A stretch of 64,000 nucleotides of DNA, from assembly GCA_963730185.1 (NCBI GenBank), contig CAVSQW010000012.1, positions 1-64,000 on the forward strand, in the 5' to 3' direction. Positions 46,376-57,060 of the stretch are shown here, piece by piece (positions within the stretch are counted from its first letter, which is position 1; every line of letters begins with the position of its first letter). Origin of the DNA: an uncultured Gemmatimonadales bacterium. GTDB lineage: Bacteria; Gemmatimonadota; Gemmatimonadetes; Gemmatimonadales; GWC2-71-9. The position numbers were made by a program, and so were the translations under genes. Below the pieces are notes generated by a model. That model was given only the letters and a program-made list of their open reading frames with translations. It made no database searches and was not told where the DNA came from.

Positions 46376-49081
46376 TCACTCGTTCCGGATCGATCGCATC
46401 GGGTCGGTCGCCGCGGCCCGACGGGCGGGGAGCCAAGCCGCGGCGAGGGCCACGCCGAAGAGCAGCAGGGCCGCGGGCACCAGCACCCCGGGGTCGCGGG
46501 GATCGACCTGATAGAGGAGTGACCGGAGCAGCCGGGTCAGGATCAGTGCCCCGACCAAGCCGAGCCCCAGCCCGAGCCCCGCCGTGCGGCCGGCTTCGGC
46601 GAGCACCATCCGGCCCAGGCCGGCCGGGTCGGCGCCGAGGGCGAGGCGGATGCCCAACTCTCGAGTCCGGTTCTGGACCGCGTAGGCCATCACCCCGTAG
46701 ACCCCCACCGACGCCAGCAGCAGGCCGAGCCCAGCGAACACCAGAAGCACGAAGGTGGCGAACCTCGGCCGCGCCGAGGCGACCGCTTCCCGCTCGGCCA
46801 TGGTCCGGACGTCATAGATGGGGAGCCCGGGATTGACTCGCTGGACCGCCCGGTGCACCGCCTCCTCGACCCCGAGCGGATCACCCTCGGTGGCCACGAC
46901 GAAGGTGGCGAACCGGAAGCTCGCCTGCAGGGCGGGGGCGTAAACCTGGGGCGTCGGCGACTCCTCGCGGGCGCCGTAGTGGACGTCGCCTACGACGCCG
47001 ACCACGACGGCCGCCGAGTCGCCGCCCGCGAAGTAGGCGGTATAGACCGAGAGGAGCTTCCCGATCGGCGACTCGCCGGGCCAGATCGCCCGGGCCGCCG
47101 CCTCGCTCACGACAACGACCCGGCCCGATCCTGGCCGGTCGCGCTGATCGAACAGTCGACCGACCCGAAGGGGAATCCCCAGGGCGGTGAAGTAGCCCGG
47201 TGAGACGTAGTGGACGCCGATCGGCTGACGCTCCGTCGGCGCCGGCTTGGTCGGATCGGGCTTGACGACGCTCCCCATGCAGGCCGAGGTGAGCGGCAAG
47301 CAGGTCCCCACACCGACGTCACGAACTCCGGGAACGGCGCGGAGCTGATCGAGCACGAGGACCTTGAACCGGACCGGATCGCGGGCAGCCAGGTCCTCGT
47401 CGGTGGCCGAAATCCGAAAGGTCAGCACCCGCCGGCCGTCGAATCCGAGGTCGACGTCCTGGAGGCGCACGAGACTCCGCACCAGGAGGCCGGCCCCGAC
47501 CAGCAGCACGAGGGCCAGCGCGGTCTCGAGGGCCACCAGCCATCGCTGGGGCCCGAAACGGCGGCCCCCTCCGACCTCGGGCTCCCCGCCCCATCCCGCC
47601 CCCCGGCGGAAGGCCTGGGCCACGTTGGACCGGGCGGCCCGCAACGCGGGGGCCAGCCCGATCAGCAGACCCGCGACGACGGTGATCACCAACGTGTAGC
47701 CGAAGACTCGACCGTCGATCGACGCCGACCGCAGGTCGACCAAGGCGCCGACCCCCGCGGCACTCGGTGCCATCCGAAGCAGCACCGGGAGGCCCAGCCG
47801 GGCCAGCAGCAGCCCAAGCGTCCCTCCCAACAGGGAGAGGACCAGACTCTCGGTCGCCAACTGACGGATGATCTGAGGCGCCCCCGCGCCGATCGCCAGC
47901 CGGACGGCCATCTCCCGCTGCCGCCCGGTGGTCCGGGCGAGAAAGAGGTTCACCAGGTTCACGCAGGCGATGAGCAACACGAGCGCCACCGCTCCGAAGA
48001 GCACGACCAGCGCCCGCCGGACACCGGGCTCGATCCGCCCGTCGGCGAGCGGCGCTACCTCCGGATGCCAGGGGGCGGCCTGGTTCTGATAAGGGTGCAG
48101 CCGAGCGATCACGGTCCCGGCCTGATCGAGGTCGGCTCGGGCCGCCGGCAGCTCGACCCCCAACCGGGTCCGGGCGACCACTTGGACCCAGTAGTTGCCG
48201 TCCTCGTCGAGGATCTCGGGATAGGCGAACAGGGTCGCCGAGGTGAGCGGCACCCAGAGGTCGGCACTCAGCGAGAGCCCGGTGAAGCCGCGGGGCAGCA
48301 CCCCCACCACGGTGAGCGGGTGCCCGTGGATGGTAACGTCCCGCCCGACGATCCCCGAGTCGGCGCCGAATCGACGCCGCCAAAGGGCGTAGCTCAGGAT
48401 CACCACGCCGTCGCCGCCGGGGACAGAGTCGACCCGGGGCTCGAAGATCCGCCCCAGGACGGGCCGGACGCCGAGAATCCGGAGGTAGTCGGCCGACACC
48501 TGCTCCGCCACCAAGCGCTCGGCGTCGGGTCCGGTGCCCACGTTGACGTTGGCGACGTCGTAACCCGCGACGCCGTCGAACGCCGTCGTCGAGGCCGCCA
48601 AGGTCCGAAACTTGGGGAACGACCAAGGAAAGGCGCTTCGCTCGCCGCTCGAGGGCGGCGGTTGAAGCGTGATCGACACCAGGCGATCGGCTTCGGGAAA
48701 AGGCAGCGGCTTGAACAGGGCGGCATCGAGCAAGCTCGCGAGCGCCGCGTTGCCGCCGATGCCAAGCGCGAGGGTGAGCGCCGCGACGGCCGTGAATCCG
48801 GGCGTCCGCCGAAGGCTCCGCACCGCCAGGCGCACGTCCCGCCCGGCCTGGTCGAGCCAGCGCGTAATCCAGACTTCGCGAGCGGCTTCCCGAACCGCCG
48901 CCTGCCGCCCGAACCGAAGCCGGGCCTGACGGGCGGCCTCGGCCGGGGGGAGACCGGCCGCCTCCAGATCGCGAGCTCGTGACTCGACGTGAAAGGCCAC
49001 CTCGTCCTCGAGCCCGGCCTCGAAACGATCGCGCCCCACAGCGTGCCTGAGTCGGCGCCAGAGACCTCGGAGCAACTCCAT
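46376..49081 (-). CDS. ADOP family duplicated ABC permease (MacB-like)
   Basis: EDEVAFH prefix domain, LALGIGGN, LLIACVNLVNL, REMAVRLAIGA, RTRELGIRLALGA and PARRAAATDP. Confidence 0.92.
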   Translation of the reverse strand: MELLRGLWRRLRHAVGRDRFEAGLEDEVAFHVESRARDLEAAGLPPAEAARQARLRFGRQAAVREAAREVWITRWLDQAGRDVRLAVRSLRRTPGFTAVAALTLALGIGGNAALASLLDAALFKPLPFPEADRLVSITLQPPPSSGERSAFPWSFPKFRTLAASTTAFDGVAGYDVANVNVGTGPDAERLVAEQVSADYLRILGVRPVLGRIFEPRVDSVPGGDGVVILSYALWRRRFGADSGIVGRDVTIHGHPLTVVGVLPRGFTGLSLSADLWVPLTSATLFAYPEILDEDGNYWVQVVARTRLGVELPAARADLDQAGTVIARLHPYQNQAAPWHPEVAPLADGRIEPGVRRALVVLFGAVALVLLIACVNLVNLFLARTTGRQREMAVRLAIGAGAPQIIRQLATESLVLSLLGGTLGLLLARLGLPVLLRMAPSAAGVGALVDLRSASIDGRVFGYTLVITVVAGLLIGLAPALRAARSNVAQAFRRGAGWGGEPEVGGGRRFGPQRWLVALETALALVLLVGAGLLVRSLVRLQDVDLGFDGRRVLTFRISATDEDLAARDPVRFKVLVLDQLRAVPGVRDVGVGTCLPLTSACMGSVVKPDPTKPAPTERQPIGVHYVSPGYFTALGIPLRVGRLFDQRDRPGSGRVVVVSEAAARAIWPGESPIGKLLSVYTAYFAGGDSAAVVVGVVGDVHYGAREESPTPQVYAPALQASFRFATFVVATEGDPLGVEEAVHRAVQRVNPGLPIYDVRTMAEREAVASARPRFATFVLLVFAGLGLLLASVGVYGVMAYAVQNRTRELGIRLALGADPAGLGRMVLAEAGRTAGLGLGLGLVGALILTRLLRSLLYQVDPRDPGVLVPAALLLFGVALAAAWLPARRAAATDPMRSIRNE

Positions 49082-49132
49082 CGAACCCTCCAGTAAACGA
49101 CCCGCCGGCCCGGGCCGGCGGGCATCGACTCG

Positions 49133-49468
49133 TTAGCCGCCTTCGGCGCCGAGCACCCGTTGAATCCCGCCCAGGAGGCGATCGAAGCCAGCCAACTCTT
49201 CCTGGAGCTGCTTGCGCCCGCCGCGGGTCAGCGAGTAGTAGCGAGCCCGCCGCTTGGTCGGCGTGATCCGCCACTCGGCGCTGACCCAACCCTTGAGCGC
49301 GAGCCGTTGAAGGGCCGGATAGAGGGAACCCTCTTCGACGTGAAGGACGGCGTCGGACACTCGCTCGATATGCTGAGCGATCCCATAACCGTGCATGGAA
49401 CCCAGGCTCAGGGTCCTGAGGATGAGGAGCTCGAGGGTCCCGGGGAGAATGTCGCTACGCGGCGGCAT
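49133..49468 (-). CDS. PadR family transcriptional regulator (ADOP-associated)
   Basis: GTLELLIL, MHGYGI, VEEGSLYPALQRL and RRARYYSLT. Confidence 0.93.
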   Translation of the reverse strand: MPPRSDILPGTLELLILRTLSLGSMHGYGIAQHIERVSDAVLHVEEGSLYPALQRLALKGWVSAEWRITPTKRRARYYSLTRGGRKQLQEELAGFDRLLGGIQRVLGAEGG

Positions 49469-49470
49469 GG

Positions 49471-49517
49471 ATAGCCCATCCAGGGATAGAGTGCCTATAC
49501 CTAGATAATCTATCCCT
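49471..49517. promoter_or_regulatory. Putative PadR operator array
   Basis: Three sites at 15-bp period: ATAG-CCCAT-CCAG, ATAG-AGTGC-CTAT, CTAG-ATAAT-CTAT; outer inverted repeat AGGGATAGA/TCTATCCCT. Confidence 0.6.
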
Positions 49518-49529
49518 ACGATCGAGACG

Positions 49530-50123
49530 TCAAGTCCCCTCAGGCCGTCGGGGCTTCCACCACATCGTGAATCCCGAAACCCCCAGGAGAACCAGGGATG
49601 CCGAGCCGAGGAAGTAGAGCAGCTTGATCGGCCGGCCCATCCCTTCGACGGCGTGAAGTTGTCGGGCCAGGCGATGCAGGCGGCGTCGATCGGCGAGCGT
49701 TACGGGCTCCGCCGGGGCGGCGCCGTCGGCGGTGGGACGGGGAGGCGGGGGCACTCGGGTGCGCCACATGACGGTGGCCGAGACACACATGACCAAGAGG
49801 AGGAGCGAGGCCATCACCCCGGTCACGTGGTGGAGGTCGTTGAGAGCGACCCGCCAGCCACTCCGGACCCGAACGGTCAGACGCTTGCGTCGCCACCAGA
49901 GCACCAGGCCACCCAGCACGAGTGCGGTACCGACGATGGTCACCACTTCGGCGAAGAGCTCACCGCGGCGGCCAAGGGCGAACCCGGTATGCAGCCGCCC
50001 GACGATCTTGGGTCGCCGGTGGAATATCATCAGCGAACCGGTGGCGCCCAGGACGGCCAGGAACGCCATCGATGCCAAACCCACCCATCGGTGGGTCACC
50101 AGAACAAGGCGGCGAAAGGTCAT
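49530..50123 (-). CDS. PepSY-associated TM helix domain protein
   Basis: HRWVGL, TGSL, RLH, DLHHVTG, QLH and SGFTMWW. Confidence 0.8.
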   Translation of the reverse strand: MTFRRLVLVTHRWVGLASMAFLAVLGATGSLMIFHRRPKIVGRLHTGFALGRRGELFAEVVTIVGTALVLGGLVLWWRRKRLTVRVRSGWRVALNDLHHVTGVMASLLLLVMCVSATVMWRTRVPPPPRPTADGAAPAEPVTLADRRRLHRLARQLHAVEGMGRPIKLLYFLGSASLVLLGVSGFTMWWKPRRPEGT

Positions 50124-50165
50124 CGCGGAAGGCGGGGCGGGAGACCGGCTCCCGCCCCTCGGGCG

Positions 50166-52292
50166 TCAGAAGGCGAGTATCGACTCCATGGCGGCCCGGA
50201 TGCCGGGCACCTGGGGCAGGATCACGTCCTCCAGCTCCGGCGCGTAGGCGACGAAGGTGTCGGTCGAGGCCAGCCGCCGAACCGGGGCATCCAGCCAGGG
50301 GAACATCTCGTCGGCCATCCGGGCGGCGATCTCGGCGCCGTAGCCCCAGGAGAGGGAGTCTTCGTAGACCACCATGACCCGGTTGGTCTTGCGGACCGAG
50401 ACCTCGATGGTTTCCCAATCCACGGGCGACAGGGTCCGGAGATCGATCACCTCGACGCTCCGACCGCTCTGCTCCTCCACCTGCTTGGCGGCCACCAACG
50501 ATCGCTGCACCGTCGCACCGTACGTGACGACGGTGAGGTCACTCCCCTCGCGGACCACCTTGGCCTTGCCGAAGGGGATCATGAAGTTGGGGCCGGGATA
50601 GGGCGCCTTGTTGTAGGTCTGGCGGTAGAGGTGCTTGTGCTCGAGGAAGAGGACCGGGTCCTCGCAGCGGATCGCGGTCCGGAGCAGGCCGTTGGCGTCC
50701 AGCGCGGTGGCGGGACACACCACCCGGAGGCCCGGCACCGAGGTGAAGACCACGGCGCCAGTCTGCGAGTGGTACGGCGCCCCGCCCTTGAGGTAGCCAC
50801 CGTAGGTCACCCGGACGACCGCGGGAGAGCTCCAGGCGTTGTTGGAGCGCCAGCGCATGGTCGCGAGCTCGTTCCGGAGCTGCATGTAGGCGGGCCAGAT
50901 GTAGTCGAAGAACTGGATCTCCACCACCGGCTTGAGGCCGCGGGTCGCGAGGCCGATGGCCCGCCCGACGATGTTGGCCTCGGCCAGCGGCGAGTTGTAG
51001 ACGCGGTTGGAGCCGAACGCCTTCTGGAGGCCCCAGGTCACCTTGAAGACGCCACCCTTGCCCTTGACCTGATCGAGATAGGTCTCGCGACTCACGTCGG
51101 CGACATCCTCGCCGAAGACCACGATCCGGGGATCGCGGTTCATCTCGTCCTTCATGCAGGTATTGAGCAGGTCCACCATGGTGGTGGGATCACCGCTGAA
51201 CTGGGGATCGTCTTCGGTGTCGAACTGCTCGGAAGTCGGGTCGACGTCGGGAGAGAAGACGTAGCGGTACACCGTATCGGCGCCGGGCTGCGGCGAGGCG
51301 AGGGCGGTCTCCGTCGCGACCTCGACCTCGTCCTCGACCTGCTGCTTGATCAGCTCGATCTCCGCGTCGGTCGCGATCCCCTGCTCCACCAGATAGGCAG
51401 GGAAGCTGGTGACCGGATCGCGGCGGGCCTCGTCCTCTCGCTCGGTGGGCGGCTTGTAGTTGCTCTCCTCGTCCGACAGCGAGTGGCTGTAGGGGCGAGT
51501 GACATGGGCGTGGACCAAGGCCGGCCCCTTCCGCTGGCGGGCGTAGTCCGCGGCCTTGAGGAGCACGTCGTACGAGGCCAGTGGGTCGCACCCATCGACC
51601 TCCTGCACGAAGAGATCGGGAAACCCGGCGACGAGCTTCGAGATCGAACCGCCCGCGGTGTTCACCTCGACCGGGACCGAGATTGCGTAGCCGTTGTCCT
51701 CGACCAGATAGACCATCGGGAGCTTGAGATTACAGGCCGAGTTGAGGGACTCCCAGAACTCACCCTCGCTGGTGGTCCCGTCGCCGGTGGTGACCAGGGT
51801 CACCTCGTCGCTCGCGATCAACTGGTCCCGCTCCGGGAAGCTCTCGGCCTGGCTCACGCGGAGCCAGGCTTCGGCCGCGCCGACGGCCTGAAGGAACTGG
51901 GTCCCGGTCGGGCTCGAGACGCTCACGATGTTGAGATCCTTGTGCCCCCAGTGCGACGGCATCTGCCGGCCGCCGGAGTTGGGATCGTCGGCGGCGCCCA
52001 CGGCCGAGAGGAGCATCTCGCTGGCGGTCATGCCCAGGCCCAGACAGAGGGCCCGGTCGCGGTAGTAGAGATAGAACCAGTCGTGGCCCGGCCGGAACAC
52101 CTTCGCCGCCGCGGCGAGCACGCCCTCGTGGCCGGCGCCGGAGATCTGGAAGAAGATCTTGTTCTGTCGCTTGAGCTGGATCTCCTTGTCGTCGAGCCGC
52201 CGGGACAGGAGCATGGTGCGGTAGAGGTCGAGCAGATCGTTCTTGTCGAGCTTGGCGGAGGCGCGGGCGCGGGACGGGCTGCGAGTAGCCAT
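50166..52292 (-). CDS. 2-oxoacid (branched-chain type) dehydrogenase E1, fused alpha/beta
   Basis: GRQMPSHW, ThDP motif GDGTTSEG...[22 protein letters not shown] and IDLRTL. Confidence 0.93.
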   Translation of the reverse strand: MATRSPSRARASAKLDKNDLLDLYRTMLLSRRLDDKEIQLKRQNKIFFQISGAGHEGVLAAAAKVFRPGHDWFYLYYRDRALCLGLGMTASEMLLSAVGAADDPNSGGRQMPSHWGHKDLNIVSVSSPTGTQFLQAVGAAEAWLRVSQAESFPERDQLIASDEVTLVTTGDGTTSEGEFWESLNSACNLKLPMVYLVEDNGYAISVPVEVNTAGGSISKLVAGFPDLFVQEVDGCDPLASYDVLLKAADYARQRKGPALVHAHVTRPYSHSLSDEESNYKPPTEREDEARRDPVTSFPAYLVEQGIATDAEIELIKQQVEDEVEVATETALASPQPGADTVYRYVFSPDVDPTSEQFDTEDDPQFSGDPTTMVDLLNTCMKDEMNRDPRIVVFGEDVADVSRETYLDQVKGKGGVFKVTWGLQKAFGSNRVYNSPLAEANIVGRAIGLATRGLKPVVEIQFFDYIWPAYMQLRNELATMRWRSNNAWSSPAVVRVTYGGYLKGGAPYHSQTGAVVFTSVPGLRVVCPATALDANGLLRTAIRCEDPVLFLEHKHLYRQTYNKAPYPGPNFMIPFGKAKVVREGSDLTVVTYGATVQRSLVAAKQVEEQSGRSVEVIDLRTLSPVDWETIEVSVRKTNRVMVVYEDSLSWGYGAEIAARMADEMFPWLDAPVRRLASTDTFVAYAPELEDVILPQVPGIRAAMESILAF

Positions 52293-52432
52293 GAGCGTCT
52301 TCGGGTTGGAGAGGGACTGATGCCCCGGCCGCGACCCACTCCTACCGAACGGTCACCACACCGGGCTTGACGTCCGAATTTAGCCGGTCGCTTGGGCGCC
52401 CGCGACCGGCCGAGGCCTGCAGCGACTTGCAG

Positions 52433-53068
52433 TCACGGCGCCAGCGGGCCGAAGAGCTCAGTCGCCAACATCGCGGCGATCCGCTCCTCGAACCGATCCC
52501 GACTCCACCCCCGCTCGGTGACCAGCAACCGGAACACGTCCGGGCCACTCAAGGCCCAGATCAGGTCCGTGGCCGCCTGGGCGGAGAGACCGGGCGCCAG
52601 CACGCCGGCGGCCTCCCACTCGGCAACGAGACCGGCCGCCGCCCGGTGACGCCGCGACTCGCCCTCGTTCCACATCACCGCGAGATCGGGCTCGACTCCC
52701 GACACCGTCCGCGCGATCTGGATCAGATCCGCCCCGGCGGCATAGAACCGAGCGGTAAAGGCCAATCGCTCCCGGAGTTGGCGGAGAGGATCGCCAGTCG
52801 CGGCCTCGAGGGCAGCCTGCATCCCCGCCAGATCGGCATCGGCCGCCATCTCGTCCAGGAGCGCCAGCAAGATCCCCTTCTTCGAGCCGAGCGACGCGTA
52901 CACCGTCTGGACGGCGACGCCGGCTTCCTCAGCGATGCACTCCATGGTCGCCCCGCCGTAGCCGCGGGACACGAACAGGTGCCTGGCGCCGGCCAGGATC
53001 TTCCGGCGGGTCTCCTCCGCCTGCTCGCGGCGGCGGGGGGAGCGATAGGGGCGCTTGACGTTACCCAT
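52433..53068 (-). CDS. TetR/AcrR family transcriptional regulator
   Basis: YRSPRRREQAEETRRKIL and IAEEAGVAVQTVY..LGSK. Confidence 0.9.
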   Translation of the reverse strand: MGNVKRPYRSPRRREQAEETRRKILAGARHLFVSRGYGGATMECIAEEAGVAVQTVYASLGSKKGILLALLDEMAADADLAGMQAALEAATGDPLRQLRERLAFTARFYAAGADLIQIARTVSGVEPDLAVMWNEGESRRHRAAAGLVAEWEAAGVLAPGLSAQAATDLIWALSGPDVFRLLVTERGWSRDRFEERIAAMLATELFGPLAP

Positions 53069-53112
53069 TTAACTAATGTATACTCTAATCAATTGAATAC
53101 CATCTATTTAAC
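53069..53112. promoter_or_regulatory. AT-rich divergent promoter/operator region
   Basis: TACATT -10 box 6 nt before the tetR ATG; imperfect inverted repeat around TCAATTGA (53089-53096). Confidence 0.5.
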
Positions 53113-53150
53113 CGTATGACGTTCCGGCCCTGACTCCGAGAGCCCGACCC

Positions 53151-53729
53151 ATGGACGCATACTCCATCGCCCTCTTCATCCACATCCTGTCGCTCCTGGC
53201 CGCCACCGTCGCGATGTCCCTGGCCACGCTGGCGGGCGTTCGCCTCCGACGGGCCCGGACCACCACCGACGCGACCGCCTGGCTCGCCCTGACGGGGCAA
53301 GTCGTTCCGGTCTTCCCCATCGCCAGCCTGGGCCTCTTGGCCAGCGGCGTCTACATGACCAAAGCGCGCTGGACCTGGTCGACGCCCTGGATCGACGCCG
53401 CGCTGGTCGGCCTGGCCCTAATCGTCGCCCTCGGCACCGGGATCGAGGGGAGCCGAGGGCGGGCCCTGGCGCGAGAGCTCGAGTCGGCCGGCATGTCGCG
53501 TCGAGCGCGGCGAATGCTGAGCGACCCCCTGGCCTGGAGCGCCAAGCTCACCACCCTCACCCTGCTCGTCGCCGTGGTGTTCGTCATGACGCTCAAGCCG
53601 GCGGCGATCGGTTGCGTCGTCGCGGTCTCGACCGCGGTCATCGCCGGGATCGTCAGCCTGGTTGCGACCCGGCGCTCGCCGGGTCGGGACGAGCGGCCGG
53701 CCGAATCTCCGGAGCCGGTGTCGTCCTGA
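53151..53729 (+). CDS. DUF2269-like four-TM membrane protein
   Basis: LFIHIL, LLASGVYM, W..PWI and terminal FVMTLKP. Confidence 0.7.
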   Translation: MDAYSIALFIHILSLLAATVAMSLATLAGVRLRRARTTTDATAWLALTGQVVPVFPIASLGLLASGVYMTKARWTWSTPWIDAALVGLALIVALGTGIEGSRGRALARELESAGMSRRARRMLSDPLAWSAKLTTLTLLVAVVFVMTLKPAAIGCVVAVSTAVIAGIVSLVATRRSPGRDERPAESPEPVSS

Positions 53730-53758
53730 GCGACCACCACGCCGCCACGGAAACCGCC

Positions 53759-54763
53759 ATGAAAAACGTCCTCAAGATCCTCGCGGGTCTCGCGCTCGCG
53801 CTGGCGGTCGTCGCCCTCGGCGGCTATGCCTGGGCGACCCACCGCGATGCGTCACTCCTGACCCGGAGGGTGGCGAGCCACCGGGTCGACTTCCCGATTC
53901 CCTTCCCGCTCACCCCCGACGAGGTCGACTCGCTCCGGCGGGCCCGGCAGGCGGCCGGGATACGCGGCGATCCGCTCGTGGGCCTGGACCTGGACAGCAT
54001 CGCGCGAGCCCGGGCGGCTTCGCGGGGCGCGCACCTGGTCCACTCGCGCTACGGGTGCGTGGAGTGCCACGGTCAGAATTTCGGCGGTGGGGTGATGGTG
54101 GACAACCCGCTGATCGGCCGCCTGCTCGGTCCGAACATCACCGCCGGCCGGGGCGGGCGAACCAGGGACTTCACCCCGTCCGACTGGGACCGGATCGTCC
54201 GCCACGGCGTCAAGCAGGACGGCCTGCCGGGGGTCATGCCGTCGGCGGACTTCGCGAGAATGTCGGACGAGGAGCTGTCGGACATCGTTTCCTACGTCCG
54301 GTCGCTGCCCACCGTCGACCGGACGGTGGCGCCGCCGCGCCTCGGTCCGTTGGGGAGGGTGCTGCTGGCGACGGGCAGGATGACGCTTTCGGTCGACCTG
54401 ATTCCCGATCACTTCGCGGCCCACGCCACGTATCCGCCGCCGTCCGACACCACGACCGCCTTCGGCGCCCACCTGGCCACGGTGTGCCAAGGGTGTCACG
54501 GCGCCAACCTGGCTGGGGGGCCGATTCAGGGCGGCGATCCGAGCTGGCCGGCGGCGATGAACCTGACCCCCGACGCCGACGGGCTGGCGGGCTGGACGTA
54601 TCCGCAGTTCGTCGCCGTGCTCCACACGGGCCTGCGTCCTGACGGGACCCCGCTCCGCCGACCGATGGCCGGGATCATCTCGTACACCAAGCGGATGACG
54701 GACGTGGAGCTCAAAGCCCTCTGGGCCTACCTGTCCAGGCTTCCGGCCGTCCCCTCGAAGTAG
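53759..54763 (+). CDS. Membrane-anchored diheme c-type cytochrome
   Basis: CVECH and CQGCH, each followed by an NIT/NLT and an MP/MA motif; N-terminal TM. Confidence 0.88.
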   Translation: MKNVLKILAGLALALAVVALGGYAWATHRDASLLTRRVASHRVDFPIPFPLTPDEVDSLRRARQAAGIRGDPLVGLDLDSIARARAASRGAHLVHSRYGCVECHGQNFGGGVMVDNPLIGRLLGPNITAGRGGRTRDFTPSDWDRIVRHGVKQDGLPGVMPSADFARMSDEELSDIVSYVRSLPTVDRTVAPPRLGPLGRVLLATGRMTLSVDLIPDHFAAHATYPPPSDTTTAFGAHLATVCQGCHGANLAGGPIQGGDPSWPAAMNLTPDADGLAGWTYPQFVAVLHTGLRPDGTPLRRPMAGIISYTKRMTDVELKALWAYLSRLPAVPSK

Positions 54764-54773
54764 GGGGACCCGG

Positions 54774-55391
54774 TCAGGTCCATCGCGCCCGCCTGGCGAC
54801 GAGGGCCACGGCGACCGCCGCCAACCCGAGCTCGGCGTACAGGGCGACCGCGCCGACGATCCGAGCCGGCCCGGCGACGACCAACACGGCCGTCCCCGCT
54901 CCGAGTCCCACCACGAAGCCGAAGCCGAGGCCGGCCAGGAGGCCGAGGGCGGGCCGCCGCCGGCCGGTAAGGGCTGCGGCCAGGGCGCCAAGGAGCATGG
55001 CCACCGGCAACAGCGGGGCGACCCGGGCAAAGTCGGCGAGTCGCATGATCAACGCGATCGGCGGCAGACCGGGCGCCTCGGCCAACCGGGCGCGGACGAC
55101 GGCATGGAGGTACACCGCGCCGACCATTCCCGCCAGGGCGAGCAGGGCGCCGGTGGCGGCCAGCGCCGGCCGCCGGGCAAGATCCTCCGATCGCCGGACC
55201 AGGAGCCAGCCGGCGGCCGCGCCGAGCACCAGCAGGAGCGGCGCCTCGAAGAGCGCGGTGACGAGCAGATTGGCGGCGGCGCTGGTCTCGCCGGGGGCGA
55301 CCGGGGTGCGACTGGCGACCCAGGCGATCGAGATCGGGAGAGCCGCGGCCAGCGCGGCCACGGCCACCACGGTGCCGGAACGGGCCCTCAC
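54774..55391 (-). CDS. Hypothetical multi-pass membrane protein
   Basis: About 6 hydrophobic segments; fills the gap downstream of the amidohydrolase. Confidence 0.6.
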   Translation of the reverse strand: MRARSGTVVAVAALAAALPISIAWVASRTPVAPGETSAAANLLVTALFEAPLLLVLGAAAGWLLVRRSEDLARRPALAATGALLALAGMVGAVYLHAVVRARLAEAPGLPPIALIMRLADFARVAPLLPVAMLLGALAAALTGRRRPALGLLAGLGFGFVVGLGAGTAVLVVAGPARIVGAVALYAELGLAAVAVALVARRARWT

Positions 55392-55397
55392 GTCGGG

Positions 55398-57053
55398 CTA
55401 TGGCCGCCGGTAGACGGCCCGTCCACCGACCATGGTGAGCAGGACTTGGGTGCTCGCGATGGTTTCCGGGGGAACGGTCCGGAGGTCTCGATCGAGGAGC
55501 ACCAGGTCGGCGGCCCGCCCGGGGGCGAGGCGCCCGATCGAGTCATCCATGAACATCGCGTAGGCGTTGGAGGCGGTGTAGGCTCGGAGCGCCTCGTCGA
55601 CCGTGATCTTCTGCTCCGGCACCCAACCGCCGGGGTTCTTGCCATCGATGGTCCGGCGGGTGACGGCGGCCTCGATCCCGAGCAGGGGATCGAGCGGCGC
55701 CACGGTCCAGTCGGACCCGAACACGAGCCTGGCCTTGGCGTCGAGGAGGGACCGGAAGGCGTAAGTCGTCTTGATCCGCTCGGGCCCGATTCGTTTCTCG
55801 GCCCAGCGCCCGTCGTCGGCGGCGTGGTAGGGCTGCATCGAGGGGATCACGCCCAAGGCCGCGAAGCGGGGAATGTCGCTCGGGCGGAGGTGCTGGGCGT
55901 GCTCGATCCGGAAGCGGCGATCGCGAGCGCCGTGGGCGCTGAAGACGCTGTCGTAGAGGTCGAGCAGGATGGCGTTGGCGCGGTCACCGATGGCGTGGAC
56001 CACCACCTGGAGCCCGGCCGAGTCGGCGGCGCCGATCCAGGCGCGGAGGGAGTCCTCTGGGGTGACGAAGATGCCGCGGCTCTCGGGGTGGTCGGTGAAG
56101 GGCGCCTCGAAAAGGGCGGTCGTCGAGCCGAGCGATCCGTCGACGAACCCTTTGACCCCGGCTACCCGGATCCAGTCGTCGCCGGGGCCGTCGGCCCGGA
56201 GCGACTCCGCCGCGGCCCGCCAATCGGCAATCGGCGGATAGTTCGAGGTTCGAAGGGTGAGCTCCCCCCGGGCTCGGGCGCGCCGGAGGCTCGCGATCTC
56301 GGCCCAGGAGGTGCTGACGCTGGCCACGCCAGTGACGCCGTGTGCGGCGGCGTGGCGCATGGCCCGGGCGAGGGCGGAGTCGCGGCGGGCGGCCGAGGGC
56401 TCGGGAATGACCGCGTACACGGGGTCCATCGCGCCGTCCTTGAGGACCCCGCTCAGGTCGCCATCGGGACGGCGCACGATCTCGCCGCCCGCGATCGGAC
56501 CGGTGGACCGGTCGAGCCCGGCGGCCCGGAGCGCGGCGCTGTTGGCGAGAGCCATGTGGCCGTCGAGCCGATTGACGAAGACCGGGTTGTTCGGGGTGAC
56601 CGCGTCGATCCAGCGGCGGTCGGGCAGCTCAGCCCCGGGCATCAACTCGTGGTCCCAGTCACCGCCGAGAATCCACTCACCGGGGGCGAGAGTGCGGGCG
56701 AAGGCGGCGATCCGGCGGGTGAACTCGGCCGGCGTCGCGGCATCGCGCAGATCCACGCTGGCCAGCTGGAAGCCGCCGGCAAAGAGGTGGACGTGGTCGT
56801 CGATGAAGCCGGGAACCACGAGGCCGGTCGGGCGGTCGATCCGCTCGGTGCCAGGGCCGATCAGGGCAGCCACGGACGCGCTGTCGCCGACCGCGACCAC
56901 GGTCCCGCCCCGGAGGGCGACGGCCGAGGCGGTCGGGACGGCGGAATCGCCGGTCCAGACGGGGGCGAAGATCACGAGATCGGCCGGGGCGGCGCGGCCG
57001 CAGGCGGCGATTCCCGTGACCAGGGAGAGGCCGAGGCGAAGCGAGCGGATCAT
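55398..57053 (-). CDS. Amidohydrolase 3 family (YtcJ-like) lipoprotein
   Basis: PGFIDDHVH, DGSLGS, HAIGD, RIEHAQ, GSDW and ADLV. Confidence 0.9.
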   Translation of the reverse strand: MIRSLRLGLSLVTGIAACGRAAPADLVIFAPVWTGDSAVPTASAVALRGGTVVAVGDSASVAALIGPGTERIDRPTGLVVPGFIDDHVHLFAGGFQLASVDLRDAATPAEFTRRIAAFARTLAPGEWILGGDWDHELMPGAELPDRRWIDAVTPNNPVFVNRLDGHMALANSAALRAAGLDRSTGPIAGGEIVRRPDGDLSGVLKDGAMDPVYAVIPEPSAARRDSALARAMRHAAAHGVTGVASVSTSWAEIASLRRARARGELTLRTSNYPPIADWRAAAESLRADGPGDDWIRVAGVKGFVDGSLGSTTALFEAPFTDHPESRGIFVTPEDSLRAWIGAADSAGLQVVVHAIGDRANAILLDLYDSVFSAHGARDRRFRIEHAQHLRPSDIPRFAALGVIPSMQPYHAADDGRWAEKRIGPERIKTTYAFRSLLDAKARLVFGSDWTVAPLDPLLGIEAAVTRRTIDGKNPGGWVPEQKITVDEALRAYTASNAYAMFMDDSIGRLAPGRAADLVLLDRDLRTVPPETIASTQVLLTMVGGRAVYRRP

Positions 57054-57060
57054 GGGAGCC

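Noticed and set aside
50166..52292. E1 alpha/beta fusion as a novelty
   Set aside because: Fused E1 subunits are well known in several phyla.
49653..52370. 905-aa plus-strand ORF
   Set aside because: Antisense shadow of the E1 and PepSY genes.
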